Origin: Thermoanaerobaculales bacterium
GTDB lineage: Bacteria; Acidobacteriota; Thermoanaerobaculia; Thermoanaerobaculales; Sulfomarinibacteraceae
Reading direction: 5' to 3'
NCBI GenBank assembly: GCA_036351195.1
Contig: JAZBOQ010000126.1
Span: forward strand, 8,059-72,058
Length of the DNA: 64,000 nt
In this document: in pieces, positions 42,193-50,077 of the stretch
How the letters are laid out: the number at the start of each line of letters is the position of its first letter
Position numbering within the stretch: position 1 is the first letter of the stretch
Program-made: the position numbers and the translations under genes
The notes under the pieces: generated by a model
The model's input: only the letters and a program-made list of their open reading frames with translations
Database searches by the model: none
What the model was told of the DNA's origin: nothing

Positions 42193-42396
42193 GACTGTAA
42201 TTATGAATGATGAATGATGAATGGTGGATTATTTCCATGGCGGGTTCCGATGTGGCCGGGTTGTGGCCCGTATCCGATGAGGTCTGCCAGGTGGGCCTTG
42301 GCCCACCAGATCGCCCTGCGGGTCAGGGAGCCACGTCATCGGGCACGGGTACGGGTACGGGTACGGGTACGGGGTGCTGCGATACACTTTCGGCAG
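42193..42396. repeat. Divergent priA/ATL intergenic mosaic (21-mer, REP, GGGTAC array)
   Basis: Contains ATTATGAATGATGAATGATGA (42200-42220), REP GGTGGGCCTTGGCCCACC (42290-42307), and six GGG runs of a (GGGTAC)n array (42341-42374) followed by TGCGAT. Confidence 0.8.
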
Positions 42397-42789
42397 ATGG
42401 GTCATGCAAAGGGAACCACGCGCGTTCACGGAGACCTGGAAGGCGACCCGGTCTCGGTTCGCGATGAGGTCTTCGCCGTCGTGAGGTCGATTCCTCGTGG
42501 CTCGGTGATGACCTACGGTCAGATCTCAGCCTGCCTCGGCTCGCGGATTTCGCCGTTGGCGGTGGGGTGGATGCTCCACCGCTGTCCGGACGGTGTTCCC
42601 TGGCACCGGGTGGTCAATGCCTCGGGTGGCTGCTCCACCGAACGACTTCCGGATCTTCCGGGGGGACTGCAGCGGTCCATGCTCGAAAACGAGGGCGTGA
42701 GCTTCTCCCTCGCCGGCAACCTCGATCTCGATCGGTACCGGTGGCGGCCGCCACCGGCCGAGGTCCCGGACGCGGCCTGGGATCGGTGA
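42397..42789 (+). CDS. Alkyltransferase-like (ATL) protein: MGMT DNA-binding domain with Trp replacing the acceptor Cys
   Basis: Has VMTYGQISACLGSRISPLAVGWML....VPWHRVVNASGG, where the canonical PCHRV is PWHRV. The start is taken at ATG 42397; the upstream part of the track ORF crosses repeats. Confidence 0.75.
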   Translation: MGHAKGTTRVHGDLEGDPVSVRDEVFAVVRSIPRGSVMTYGQISACLGSRISPLAVGWMLHRCPDGVPWHRVVNASGGCSTERLPDLPGGLQRSMLENEGVSFSLAGNLDLDRYRWRPPPAEVPDAAWDR

Positions 42790-42862
42790 GCGATCACCCT
42801 CCGGCGAGGCCACCGTGCAGTCAATTCTCCGAGCCTTGCCACGAGGTTAAACCCTTAGCTTT

Positions 42863-43155
42863 GGATCATCCCGCAAATGCCGGGATGATCCCAAGTTCTG
42901 ATTTCTCAGTTTTTCGTTCTTAGTTATCATCGCAAGGAACGGTGCGGCGATGAATGCGGGGCCGGTTCAACCAGGAGCGCCAGCGGCACAAACAGATTCA
43001 GCCGGTGACAGCCGGCGCCGTGACGCCTGCGATGACTGCGATGAAACTCATAACTCAAAACTCATAACTCAAAACTCAGGTTCATCCCGCCATTTGCGTG
43101 ATGAACCTTAACCCTTAACCCTTCACCCTCAACTCTTGCCCTCAAACCTCCAACC
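42863..43155. repeat. MITE-like composite: hairpin TIRs flanking a periodic-arm element, then a (CCTTAAC)n array
   Basis: The left TIR is 42863-42891 (GGATCATCCCGCAAATGCCGGGATGATCC). The right TIR, 43079-43107, matches it at 25/29 positions when reverse-complemented. The AT-rich arms are 42895-42934 (…GTTCTTAGTTATCATCGCA) and 43028-43080 (TGCGATGACTGCGATGAAACTCATAACTCAAAACTCATAACTCAAAACTCAGG). A heptamer array at 43106-43154 runs into the last codons of mqnA. Confidence 0.7.
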
Positions 43156-43945
43156 CATCGCTCGCATGAAGCCTCAACGGGCGCTGCTTCTCGATCACTC
43201 CACACTCGCGGCACAGCCGCCAGAACTCCTCCATGGCGGCACGCTCTTCCGACCCGAGGCCGTACTGGAGATTGCGGCTGAGGTAGCGCGCGGCCAGGTC
43301 TTCCGGCCATCCTCCCGGGGCGGCATGCCGGACCGCGATCTCGGCGATCCGTCGTCCGTTGTCGCGGCGGACCCGGTCGAGGAGTGCCGGCGCGTCGCCG
43401 AGGTCGCTGCCGCCGCAGGTCATCCAGGTGGCGAAGACGAACGGGCGGCCGGTGAGCTCCTTCCAGGCGGCGCCGAGATCCAGTCGGTGGGGGAAGCCGT
43501 CGGAGTCCGGAGGGTGGGTAATGACCTTGTCACCGATGAGCAGCAGAGCGTCCGGATCGGATCGACCCGGTCCGCGATCCAGGGGGCGGAGCGTCGGCCG
43601 GATTCCGTAACGTCGGGAAAGGACGACTGACAGCAGGGCCACCGAGGTGTGGCTGTCGCCATCGACGGCGATCTCGCCGATGTCGTCGATGGGTGTGCGG
43701 CTGAAGAGCTTGACGGTGAGGGCGGGTCCGTTGCAGCCGATGGCGCCGGCCGGAACGATCTCCAGTGGGCACGTCGAGCGCTGATAATCGATGGTCGGGC
43801 ACAGCGCGATCGCGGCGTCGCCCGCTTCGAGGGTCTCGAGCAGCCGGCTGGGGACGCGGCGGATGAGCTCGATCCCGGCGCGGTGCTCGAGCCCGTCGAT
43901 GAGCGGACGGGCGTTGAGGTAGCTGACGGTGGCGATCCTGGTCAT
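43142..43945 (-). CDS. mqnA: Chorismate dehydratase (futalosine-pathway menaquinone biosynthesis, MqnA family)
   Basis: MTRIATVSYLNARPLIDGLE...PSRLLETLEAGDAAIALCPTIDY matches the MqnA/VitK2_biosynth pattern. The start is taken at ATG 43945, not the track's 44215. Confidence 0.75.
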   Translation of the reverse strand: MTRIATVSYLNARPLIDGLEHRAGIELIRRVPSRLLETLEAGDAAIALCPTIDYQRSTCPLEIVPAGAIGCNGPALTVKLFSRTPIDDIGEIAVDGDSHTSVALLSVVLSRRYGIRPTLRPLDRGPGRSDPDALLLIGDKVITHPPDSDGFPHRLDLGAAWKELTGRPFVFATWMTCGGSDLGDAPALLDRVRRDNGRRIAEIAVRHAAPGGWPEDLAARYLSRNLQYGLGSEERAAMEEFWRLCRECGVIEKQRPLRLHASDGLEV

Positions 43946-44404
43946 GGTGGCGAGTCTCCCGCGGCGTGGGCTCGGCGGGCGGCCGAGGCGAGTCGGCGGA
44001 GTGTACCACCGCGGATTGCAGACGTTGTGGTGTCGGAATTCCGAACAGCTGTACGGGTTTCCGGTCACGCCGGTGGGGCCGCTGATGTAAATCCGGCTGG
44101 GCCGGCGGCGGACACGATTTTCGACATCCTGGTTAAGTGATGTTTTTTGAGTCAGTTCGTCGGGATGGATTGTAAAAGTTGCTGCCCCGGGGCGCCGCTG
44201 GCTCGAAAGGTGCACCCACCAGAGGATAGTATTGAGTGGTGAAAGGAGGCCGTGGGATCACGAAAAGGGCGTCGGCCGGCGATGAAGGCCGTCGAAAACG
44301 GCGGAAACGGAGTCGGGTTTCCTGCTCAGCAGTTGACATTCCTGCGAGGAAATTCGATGATGCATCGATGGTTTCGAGCCCGCAAAGGGCCTCGCGGCCG
44401 TTTC

Positions 44405-44432
44405 GGTCGCCCGGAGGGGGCGGTCATTTTTT
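44405..44432 (+). promoter_or_regulatory. Terminator-like hairpin plus T6 in the 5' leader of the TonB receptor gene (possible attenuator)
   Basis: GGTCGCCC (44405-44412) / GGGCGGTC (44418-44425) is an 8-bp stem with two G-U pairs and loop GGAGG. T6 follows at 44427-44432, directly before SD AGGAGG (44434-44439). A candidate promoter is TTGACA at 44333-44338 and GATGAT at 44356-44361. Confidence 0.3.
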
Positions 44433-44444
44433 CAGGAGGTGAGC

Positions 44445-47330
44445 ATGGTTCGTAGAACAATCGCTGCAATGTGTCTCGTGGTGCTGATCGCCGGCGTGGC
44501 ATCGGCCGCAACCACCAGCCGACTCAAAGGTGAAGTCGCCGACAACGATGGCGTGCCCATGCCGGGTGTGACCATCCAGATCTCCTCCGACAAGCTGATC
44601 GGTGGTCCTCAGATCGCCATCGCCGACGGCAACGGAGCATTTGTATTCAATCTGCTTCCGGTGGGCACCTACACCGTCCAGGCGACCCTGGCCGGGTTCC
44701 AGCCGGTGACCGGCGAGGTTCAGGTCAGCCTGGGCCGGACGGCGGAGATCCTCTTCCAGATGATTCCGGAGACCTTCGGTGAAACAATCGAAGTGTCGGC
44801 CCAGGTGCCGGTGGTGGACACCACCCAGGTCAACACGTCGGTCACCTTCGACGAGGACTATCTCCAGAAGGCGGCGGTGGGCTCGGCCAACCGCGACTAC
44901 CTCAGTATGATCGGCCAGGCCGCGGGCGTCGCCGGCACCGGCAATGCCAGCGTCTTCGGCGGGTCCGACGGCGACAACTCCTACCTCATCGACGGTCTCA
45001 ACACCACCGACCCGGTGACGGGGACCTTCGGCACCAACTTCAACTACGACGCCGTGCAGGAGATGAACTTCCAGACCGGCGGCTTCGAGGCCGAGTTCGG
45101 CCAGGCCACCGGCGGCATCGTCAACCTGGTGACCAAGTCCGGTGGTAACGAGTTCTCGGGCTCTTTCGACGCGCGCTACCGCAACCAGAACATGACCGAG
45201 AACGGCGACTACTACGACCGGGACGAGCAGGAAACCCTCTACCAGAGCCTGTCCGCTACCCTGGGTGGCCCGATCCTGCGCGACCGCCTCTGGTTCTTCG
45301 CCTCGCTGCAGAAGGAAGACAGCGACCGCCAGAACGCCGGCGCCCTCTTCCCCCGCGAGTGGGAAGGGCTGAACTACATCGGCAAGCTGACCTGGCAGAT
45401 CGCCGACAGCCACCGCGCCGTGCTGAAGTACACGGGCGCTCCGGCGGACATTTACGGCACCAACTCCAGTCAGTTCGTCGATCCCACGGCCCGCAACGTC
45501 CAGTTCCAGGGCTCGGACATCTGGCAGGCCGAGTTGAACTCGGTGCTCTCCGAGTCGGTGCTCCTCAACGCCGCCGTCGGCCTCTTCGCCAACGACATCG
45601 ACGTCGAGGCGGCCAACGGCGACACCGTCCGCAGCGGCCACCGGATCGAGCAGAGCGGCCAGGACCCGTACGACTACAACAACTTCCTCTACTCGTCCCT
45701 GAACCGCCGCTACCGTGACGAGATCCGCCTCAACACCACCATGTTCGTCGACGAGTTCGCCGGCGCGCACGAGTTCAAGGTCGGCGCCGAGTACTCGGAC
45801 ATGGAGTTCAACTACAACTTCTTCTACAACGGCGGCGGTTTCATTCACGACAACTACGACCTGAGCGAGGACTACGACTACCAGGACATCAACGGCGACG
45901 GCTACTTCAACTACTACGTCCTTGTCGAAGAGCCCTTCGAGACCGCCAAGGACTGGGAGAACTCCTACGGCGACATCACCACCTTCTACGTGCAGGACGC
46001 CTGGCGGCCCCACCCCAACCTCACCCTGAAGCCCGGTATCCGCTTCGACAACGTGACGCTGGACAACCACATCGGCGAGCAGATCGCTGACATGGACCGC
46101 TGGCAGCCGCGCTTCGGTATCGCCTGGGACATCGCCGGCAACTCCAAGTACGTGCTCCGCGGCTCCGCCGGCCGTTTCATGGATCCGACGGCGCTGTCGG
46201 TGGCGAGCTTCGCGTCGGGCCTCGTCCAGACCTACCGCGAGTACAACATCCTCGAGTTCTACTGCAACTCGACCCGTGGACGCCTCTGCTCCCCGGACTC
46301 TCCTTTCCCGCCGTCGTACGGCGACCCCTTCCCGTGGGTCAACGACGAGGGATTCCAGTACTACCTCTTCGACAACCGGGGTCAGGCCGACATCTACGAG
46401 CCGGCCCAGACTCTCGACCAAGCTGGATTGGGTACGCTGGAAACGCCCTACGCCGACGAGTACATTCTCGCCTTCGAGACCCAGATTGCCCGCGACACCT
46501 CCATCGAGCTCACCTACGTCAACAAGAAGACCAAGAACATCATCGAGGACACCTGCGCCAACAACACCTGGGCCTGGGGCGACGGCGAGTACCCGGACCT
46601 GGACGACACCTCGACCTGGACCACCGCCGGTGAGTGCGGCTTCTACATGATCACCAACATGCCCACCTTCTACCGCGACTACGAGGGTCTGATCCTCTCG
46701 GCGGAGACCCGCCGCGAGCGGCTCCACCTGCTCTTCAGCTACACCTACTCCGAGTCCGAAGGCAACACGCCCAACGGTGCGTCCGACTCCTACGCGACGG
46801 CGCTGGCCGATTTCTACCCGGTGCACTTCTACAACACCGACGGCTACATGCCCGACCACCGCGAGCACCGCGTGAAGCTCAACGGCTACTACCTGCTGCC
46901 GCACAACTGGACCATCGGCTTCGACGGCTTCTTCTCGTCGGCCGGCCACCAGACCGTGTTCTCGACCTGCGAGAATCTCCAGGCGGCCGACCCCAACGAT
47001 CCGCTCTTCGCGGAGCTGGGGATCACCCAGGCCGAGGTGCTGCCCTACTGCAGCACCGGCGACGGCGCCTTCCTGGGCACCACCGACATCTTCCTCTCGC
47101 CGCGTGGTGACTACGAGACCAAGTCCACCTGGCAGCTCGACGTTCAGGGCTCCAAGACGTGGAACCTGAACAAGTTCGACATCACCGCCGTGCTGACGGT
47201 CTACAACCTCTTCGATCGCGAGCTCGACCTCGCGTTCAACACCGAGGCCTTCATCGGCACCGATGTCGGCGAGCCGCTCTCCTATCGCCTGCCGCGGCGC
47301 TACGAGATCGGTCTCCGGATCGAGTTCTGA
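44445..47330 (+). CDS. TonB-dependent receptor with an N-terminal carboxypeptidase-regulatory-like domain
   Basis: Has a signal peptide (…VLIAGVASAA), a CarboxypepD_reg pattern (LKGEVADNDGVPMPGVTIQISS...DGNGAFVFNLLPVGTYTVQATLAGFQP), a plug and barrel, and a terminal ...GLRIEF. Confidence 0.85.
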   Translation: MVRRTIAAMCLVVLIAGVASAATTSRLKGEVADNDGVPMPGVTIQISSDKLIGGPQIAIADGNGAFVFNLLPVGTYTVQATLAGFQPVTGEVQVSLGRTAEILFQMIPETFGETIEVSAQVPVVDTTQVNTSVTFDEDYLQKAAVGSANRDYLSMIGQAAGVAGTGNASVFGGSDGDNSYLIDGLNTTDPVTGTFGTNFNYDAVQEMNFQTGGFEAEFGQATGGIVNLVTKSGGNEFSGSFDARYRNQNMTENGDYYDRDEQETLYQSLSATLGGPILRDRLWFFASLQKEDSDRQNAGALFPREWEGLNYIGKLTWQIADSHRAVLKYTGAPADIYGTNSSQFVDPTARNVQFQGSDIWQAELNSVLSESVLLNAAVGLFANDIDVEAANGDTVRSGHRIEQSGQDPYDYNNFLYSSLNRRYRDEIRLNTTMFVDEFAGAHEFKVGAEYSDMEFNYNFFYNGGGFIHDNYDLSEDYDYQDINGDGYFNYYVLVEEPFETAKDWENSYGDITTFYVQDAWRPHPNLTLKPGIRFDNVTLDNHIGEQIADMDRWQPRFGIAWDIAGNSKYVLRGSAGRFMDPTALSVASFASGLVQTYREYNILEFYCNSTRGRLCSPDSPFPPSYGDPFPWVNDEGFQYYLFDNRGQADIYEPAQTLDQAGLGTLETPYADEYILAFETQIARDTSIELTYVNKKTKNIIEDTCANNTWAWGDGEYPDLDDTSTWTTAGECGFYMITNMPTFYRDYEGLILSAETRRERLHLLFSYTYSESEGNTPNGASDSYATALADFYPVHFYNTDGYMPDHREHRVKLNGYYLLPHNWTIGFDGFFSSAGHQTVFSTCENLQAADPNDPLFAELGITQAEVLPYCSTGDGAFLGTTDIFLSPRGDYETKSTWQLDVQGSKTWNLNKFDITAVLTVYNLFDRELDLAFNTEAFIGTDVGEPLSYRLPRRYEIGLRIEF

Positions 47331-47354
47331 TCGGATCGGGTTCTACAACCTCAA

Positions 47355-47389
47355 CGGCCCGCGCCTTCCGGCGCGGGCCGTTTTCTTTG
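47355..47389 (+). terminator. Rho-independent terminator of the TonB receptor gene
   Basis: An 11-bp GC stem, CGGCCCGCGCC (47355-47365) / GGCGCGGGCCG (47370-47380), with loop TTCC, followed by TTTTCTTTG. Confidence 0.8.
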
Positions 47390-47390
47390 A

Positions 47391-47500
47391 AGTGAGAAAG
47401 AAAGAAAGTGAGAAGGTGAGAAAGTCAGAGGGTGTTTCCCGATAGACCTTCTAACCTTCTAACCCTCTAGCCTTCTAACTTCCTAACTCTCTAACTCTTC
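47391..47500. repeat. Purine-rich / pyrimidine-rich 8-nt periodic-arm element
   Basis: The left arm reads AGTGAGAA AGAAAGAA AGTGAGAA GGTGAGAA AGTCAGAG. The right arm, 47447-47500, reads ACCTTCTA ACCTTCTA ACCCTCTA GCCTTCTA ACTTCCTA ACTCTCTA ACTCTTC. The last unit overlaps the stop and final codons of the minus-strand gene 47491..48924. Confidence 0.65.
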
Positions 47501-48924
47501 TCTCCAACGTCATGCGGCATGGAGCCACGCTTTGCCCTGAGGTACGCGAACGGGGTCGCGTGGAGGAAGTTGGAAACCCGCGAGGTGTAGATGTCCGCCG
47601 AACGCTCCACCTGGCGGGCGAGGTGGCTGAAGTCGTATCCCGAGCGCATGGGAGTGCCCCAACGGGGGTTGTAGGCCCGGGCGCTCTGCCGCGCCAGCGG
47701 TGCGATCCTCTCGTCCAGAGCCACCATCTGCTCCCACGCCGCGTCGAGCTCTGCAGTGACCTCGGCGGGCGGGTGCTGGGGTTGTGGCCCGTACCCTTCT
47801 TTCGCCCGCTGCAGCTCCAGGCGCGCCGTACGGTGGCGTTCTTCCAGCGCCTCCTTGTCCGCCATCAACGCGGACAGCTCGCGCTCCACCGGCGCTATGG
47901 CCTCGATGGCCTCGATCTCCTCTTCGAGCTCTCTCAGGATCAGGGCGGTTCGCCAGCGAAGACTGGCTTTGGACATGCGGACGTCGGCGAAGACGTGATC
48001 CCCGACGTAGAGAATCTGCGACCCGGAGAGGCCGAGGTAGCCCTCGACGCGGGCGGCGTCGCCCCCGAGGTAGATCCCCGGGCCGGGAATGGCGCCGGGG
48101 ACCGGCGTCAGCAGCCCCTGCTCCTCGTCAGCCACCGAGAAGAGCGGAAGCCGGTCGGTGAAGAACGACGGCTTGCGGGCGCTGACGATCACCAGCTCGA
48201 AAAGGTCGCGCCAGGTGAGGCCTTCCGGCTCGAGGTAGGGATCGAAGGCGAACGCCATGATCTCTCGGGCGTACTCCCACTCGGCGTTGGAGATCAGCAT
48301 CAGCCGCTTGCCGGACCGCTGCTGGTCGAGCAGGGCCAGCGGCGCCAACGGGTCGAGGTCGATGAACCGGGCCGGATCGGCGGTGATCTCGGCCTTCAGG
48401 GTGCCTTCCAGGTGAGCCTCGTCCATGCGGCTGCGGACCTTCCGGAAGAGATCTTCATAGCCGACAACTCCGGTCAACCGGCCCTCGTCGAAGAGGTCGA
48501 CGAGCTGTGAGTACAGGCAGGTTTCGGACAGAGAGAAGAGGGTGTTGACGAAGATGAAGCGGGGGTCCGAGAGCTGCACCGGGGTGTGGCGGTAGATGTT
48601 GCGCTGCTCGGCGAAGTCCAGCATCCGGGTGCCGTGGGCGGCGCGCAGGACATAACCGAAACGGTTGGCCTTGACGATGTTGCCGAGCCCGGCGTCGACA
48701 ATGAGGCCGCGGATCACCGAGCCGGCGTCGAAGGAGAGGTCTTCCACCGGCCATCCATCCGACGCCAGGAGGTCCCGCAGACGGGCGTAGGCGCGTTCTT
48801 CCCACGTCCGCACGCGGTAGTGGACGAGGGTGTAGTCCATGTCGTATCCGATGGCGCCGATGGAGCGCAGGTTCAGCGTGCGATTGGCGAAGATCCGGCG
48901 GGCAAAGGGGGTTTCGTTCGGCAT
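47491..48924 (-). CDS. HAD-superfamily 5'-nucleotidase-domain protein (cytosolic 5'-nucleotidase II-like) with a coiled-coil tail
   Basis: IFANRTLNLRSIGAIGYDMDYTLVHY carries HAD motif I, DxDxT, in the cN-II context. Also has a later YVGDHVFADV motif and a C-terminal Glu/Ala/Leu-rich helical region. Confidence 0.8.
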   Translation of the reverse strand: MPNETPFARRIFANRTLNLRSIGAIGYDMDYTLVHYRVRTWEERAYARLRDLLASDGWPVEDLSFDAGSVIRGLIVDAGLGNIVKANRFGYVLRAAHGTRMLDFAEQRNIYRHTPVQLSDPRFIFVNTLFSLSETCLYSQLVDLFDEGRLTGVVGYEDLFRKVRSRMDEAHLEGTLKAEITADPARFIDLDPLAPLALLDQQRSGKRLMLISNAEWEYAREIMAFAFDPYLEPEGLTWRDLFELVIVSARKPSFFTDRLPLFSVADEEQGLLTPVPGAIPGPGIYLGGDAARVEGYLGLSGSQILYVGDHVFADVRMSKASLRWRTALILRELEEEIEAIEAIAPVERELSALMADKEALEERHRTARLELQRAKEGYGPQPQHPPAEVTAELDAAWEQMVALDERIAPLARQSARAYNPRWGTPMRSGYDFSHLARQVERSADIYTSRVSNFLHATPFAYLRAKRGSMPHDVGEKS

Positions 48925-49897
48925 GGTCGACTCCGATCGCGTGTTTCGGCTTCCGAGAGCTTAACCCATGCCGGGCTCAGGGGAATCGAAGGTCGCACTG
49001 CGATGTGGACCGCCGAGCCCCAGCTCGGCATTGAGTCGTGGTGGGGATCCGGTGCGTGGTCGATGTGAAGCGTCTACGGGTGGAGCAGCCTCCACGTCAT
49101 CGCACGGACCTCGTCGAAGAGGTCGAGGGCCTTCTCAGCGACTACCCACCGCGTGTGAAACACCAGGAGGCAACCGTGCGTGGCCACATCCACGCGAGTT
49201 CGTCGCGGTTTGCCACTGCCATCCGGCTTCACTCGCTCCGCGAGCTACGCCGTGACGAGCTGCCACCTGGTCGCGGCGTAGCCGAAGGCGAAGCCGGATG
49301 ACTCTGCCTCTCCCACTGATACTGCCGCTGTCGCTGTATTCGGGATCGGGAACGGGATCGTTTCGAGCCCGGACCCGGACGCTGTCTCTGCCACTGCGCG
49401 CCGTCGTCTGCCAGGTAGGGTGGGCCTTGGCCCACCGAGGGTTCCAGAGCCGCGGTTCGACACCAGGAGGCGATCCGGTGGGCCAAGGCCCACCCTACGG
49501 CGCTGCAGTTCCCAGCGCGCTCCGCTTCCGCATTCTGGGCTGCCAGGTTGGGTGGAGCTCGCCCCACCGAGGGTGCCTGTCGGCGTGGTCGCGTCACCGG
49601 ATCTTGCCCCCAGCCCCGGCCTCCTGACCCGCATCCGCCTTATCGGCGGAAGCGGGTCAGCGTCGTCCGCTCGGCACGGTCATTTGAGGAACGAGGATGC
49701 GGTGACCGTGCCGAGCGAACGCCGTCGGCCTGCCTCGGTACCGGAACAACGGCTTTCAACGGCTGGGCACGGGATCGCCACGTTCACACTTTTCGAAGCG
49801 CGAAGAGAGCTTGAACAGCCTGGAGGTGAAAAGTGTGAACATGGCACGTCCGCCGGTGGCGCGCTGGGGCGCTCGGGCTGGAGAGGCGGTCAGGGGA
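48925..49897. repeat. Mosaic repeat cluster B (973-bp gene-free interval)
   Basis: The modules are as follows. GCCGAGCCCCAGCTCGGCATTGAGTCGTGGTGGGGATCCGGTGCG (49012-49056) has a homolog at 57418-57462. A GGGATC/GGGAAC array lies at 49342-49356. An inverted REP doublet lies at 49419-49436 / 49477-49494, with a REP variant at 49550-49568. The long hairpin has its stem at 49664-49681 / 49704-49721. The GGCACGTCC module lies at 49843-49881. Confidence 0.8.
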
Positions 49898-50077
49898 TCA
49901 GGCGAACCAATGCCATCCGAACCACACGAGACCGGCGAGGGAGCCGAGGGCGAGGACGAAGGCGACGGCGGCCACGGCCCGGTCGGGAGCGGACCGCAGG
50001 CAGAAGTACGAGTAGCCCACCGAAATGGGAACGCCGATGAGCACCATGCCCGTCCCGAGCATGCTCGTAGAGCGCAT
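49898..50077 (-). CDS. Small hydrophobic protein (59 aa), possibly the 3' half of a frameshifted membrane-protein gene
   Basis: Below the track's length cutoff. MRSTSMLGTGMVLIGVPISVGYSYFCLRSAPDRAVAAVAFVLALGSLAGLVWFGWHWFA has two predicted TM helices and GC-rich third codon positions. Its ATG directly follows the stop of 50078..50218 (TGAATG). Confidence 0.35.
   Translation of the reverse strand: MRSTSMLGTGMVLIGVPISVGYSYFCLRSAPDRAVAAVAFVLALGSLAGLVWFGWHWFA

Noticed and set aside
44216-44438. Possible cobalamin or other riboswitch upstream of the TonB-dependent receptor
   Set aside because: No B12-box (GCCACTG-like) or other aptamer core that I recognise is present. Only the terminator-like hairpin is reported, at low confidence.
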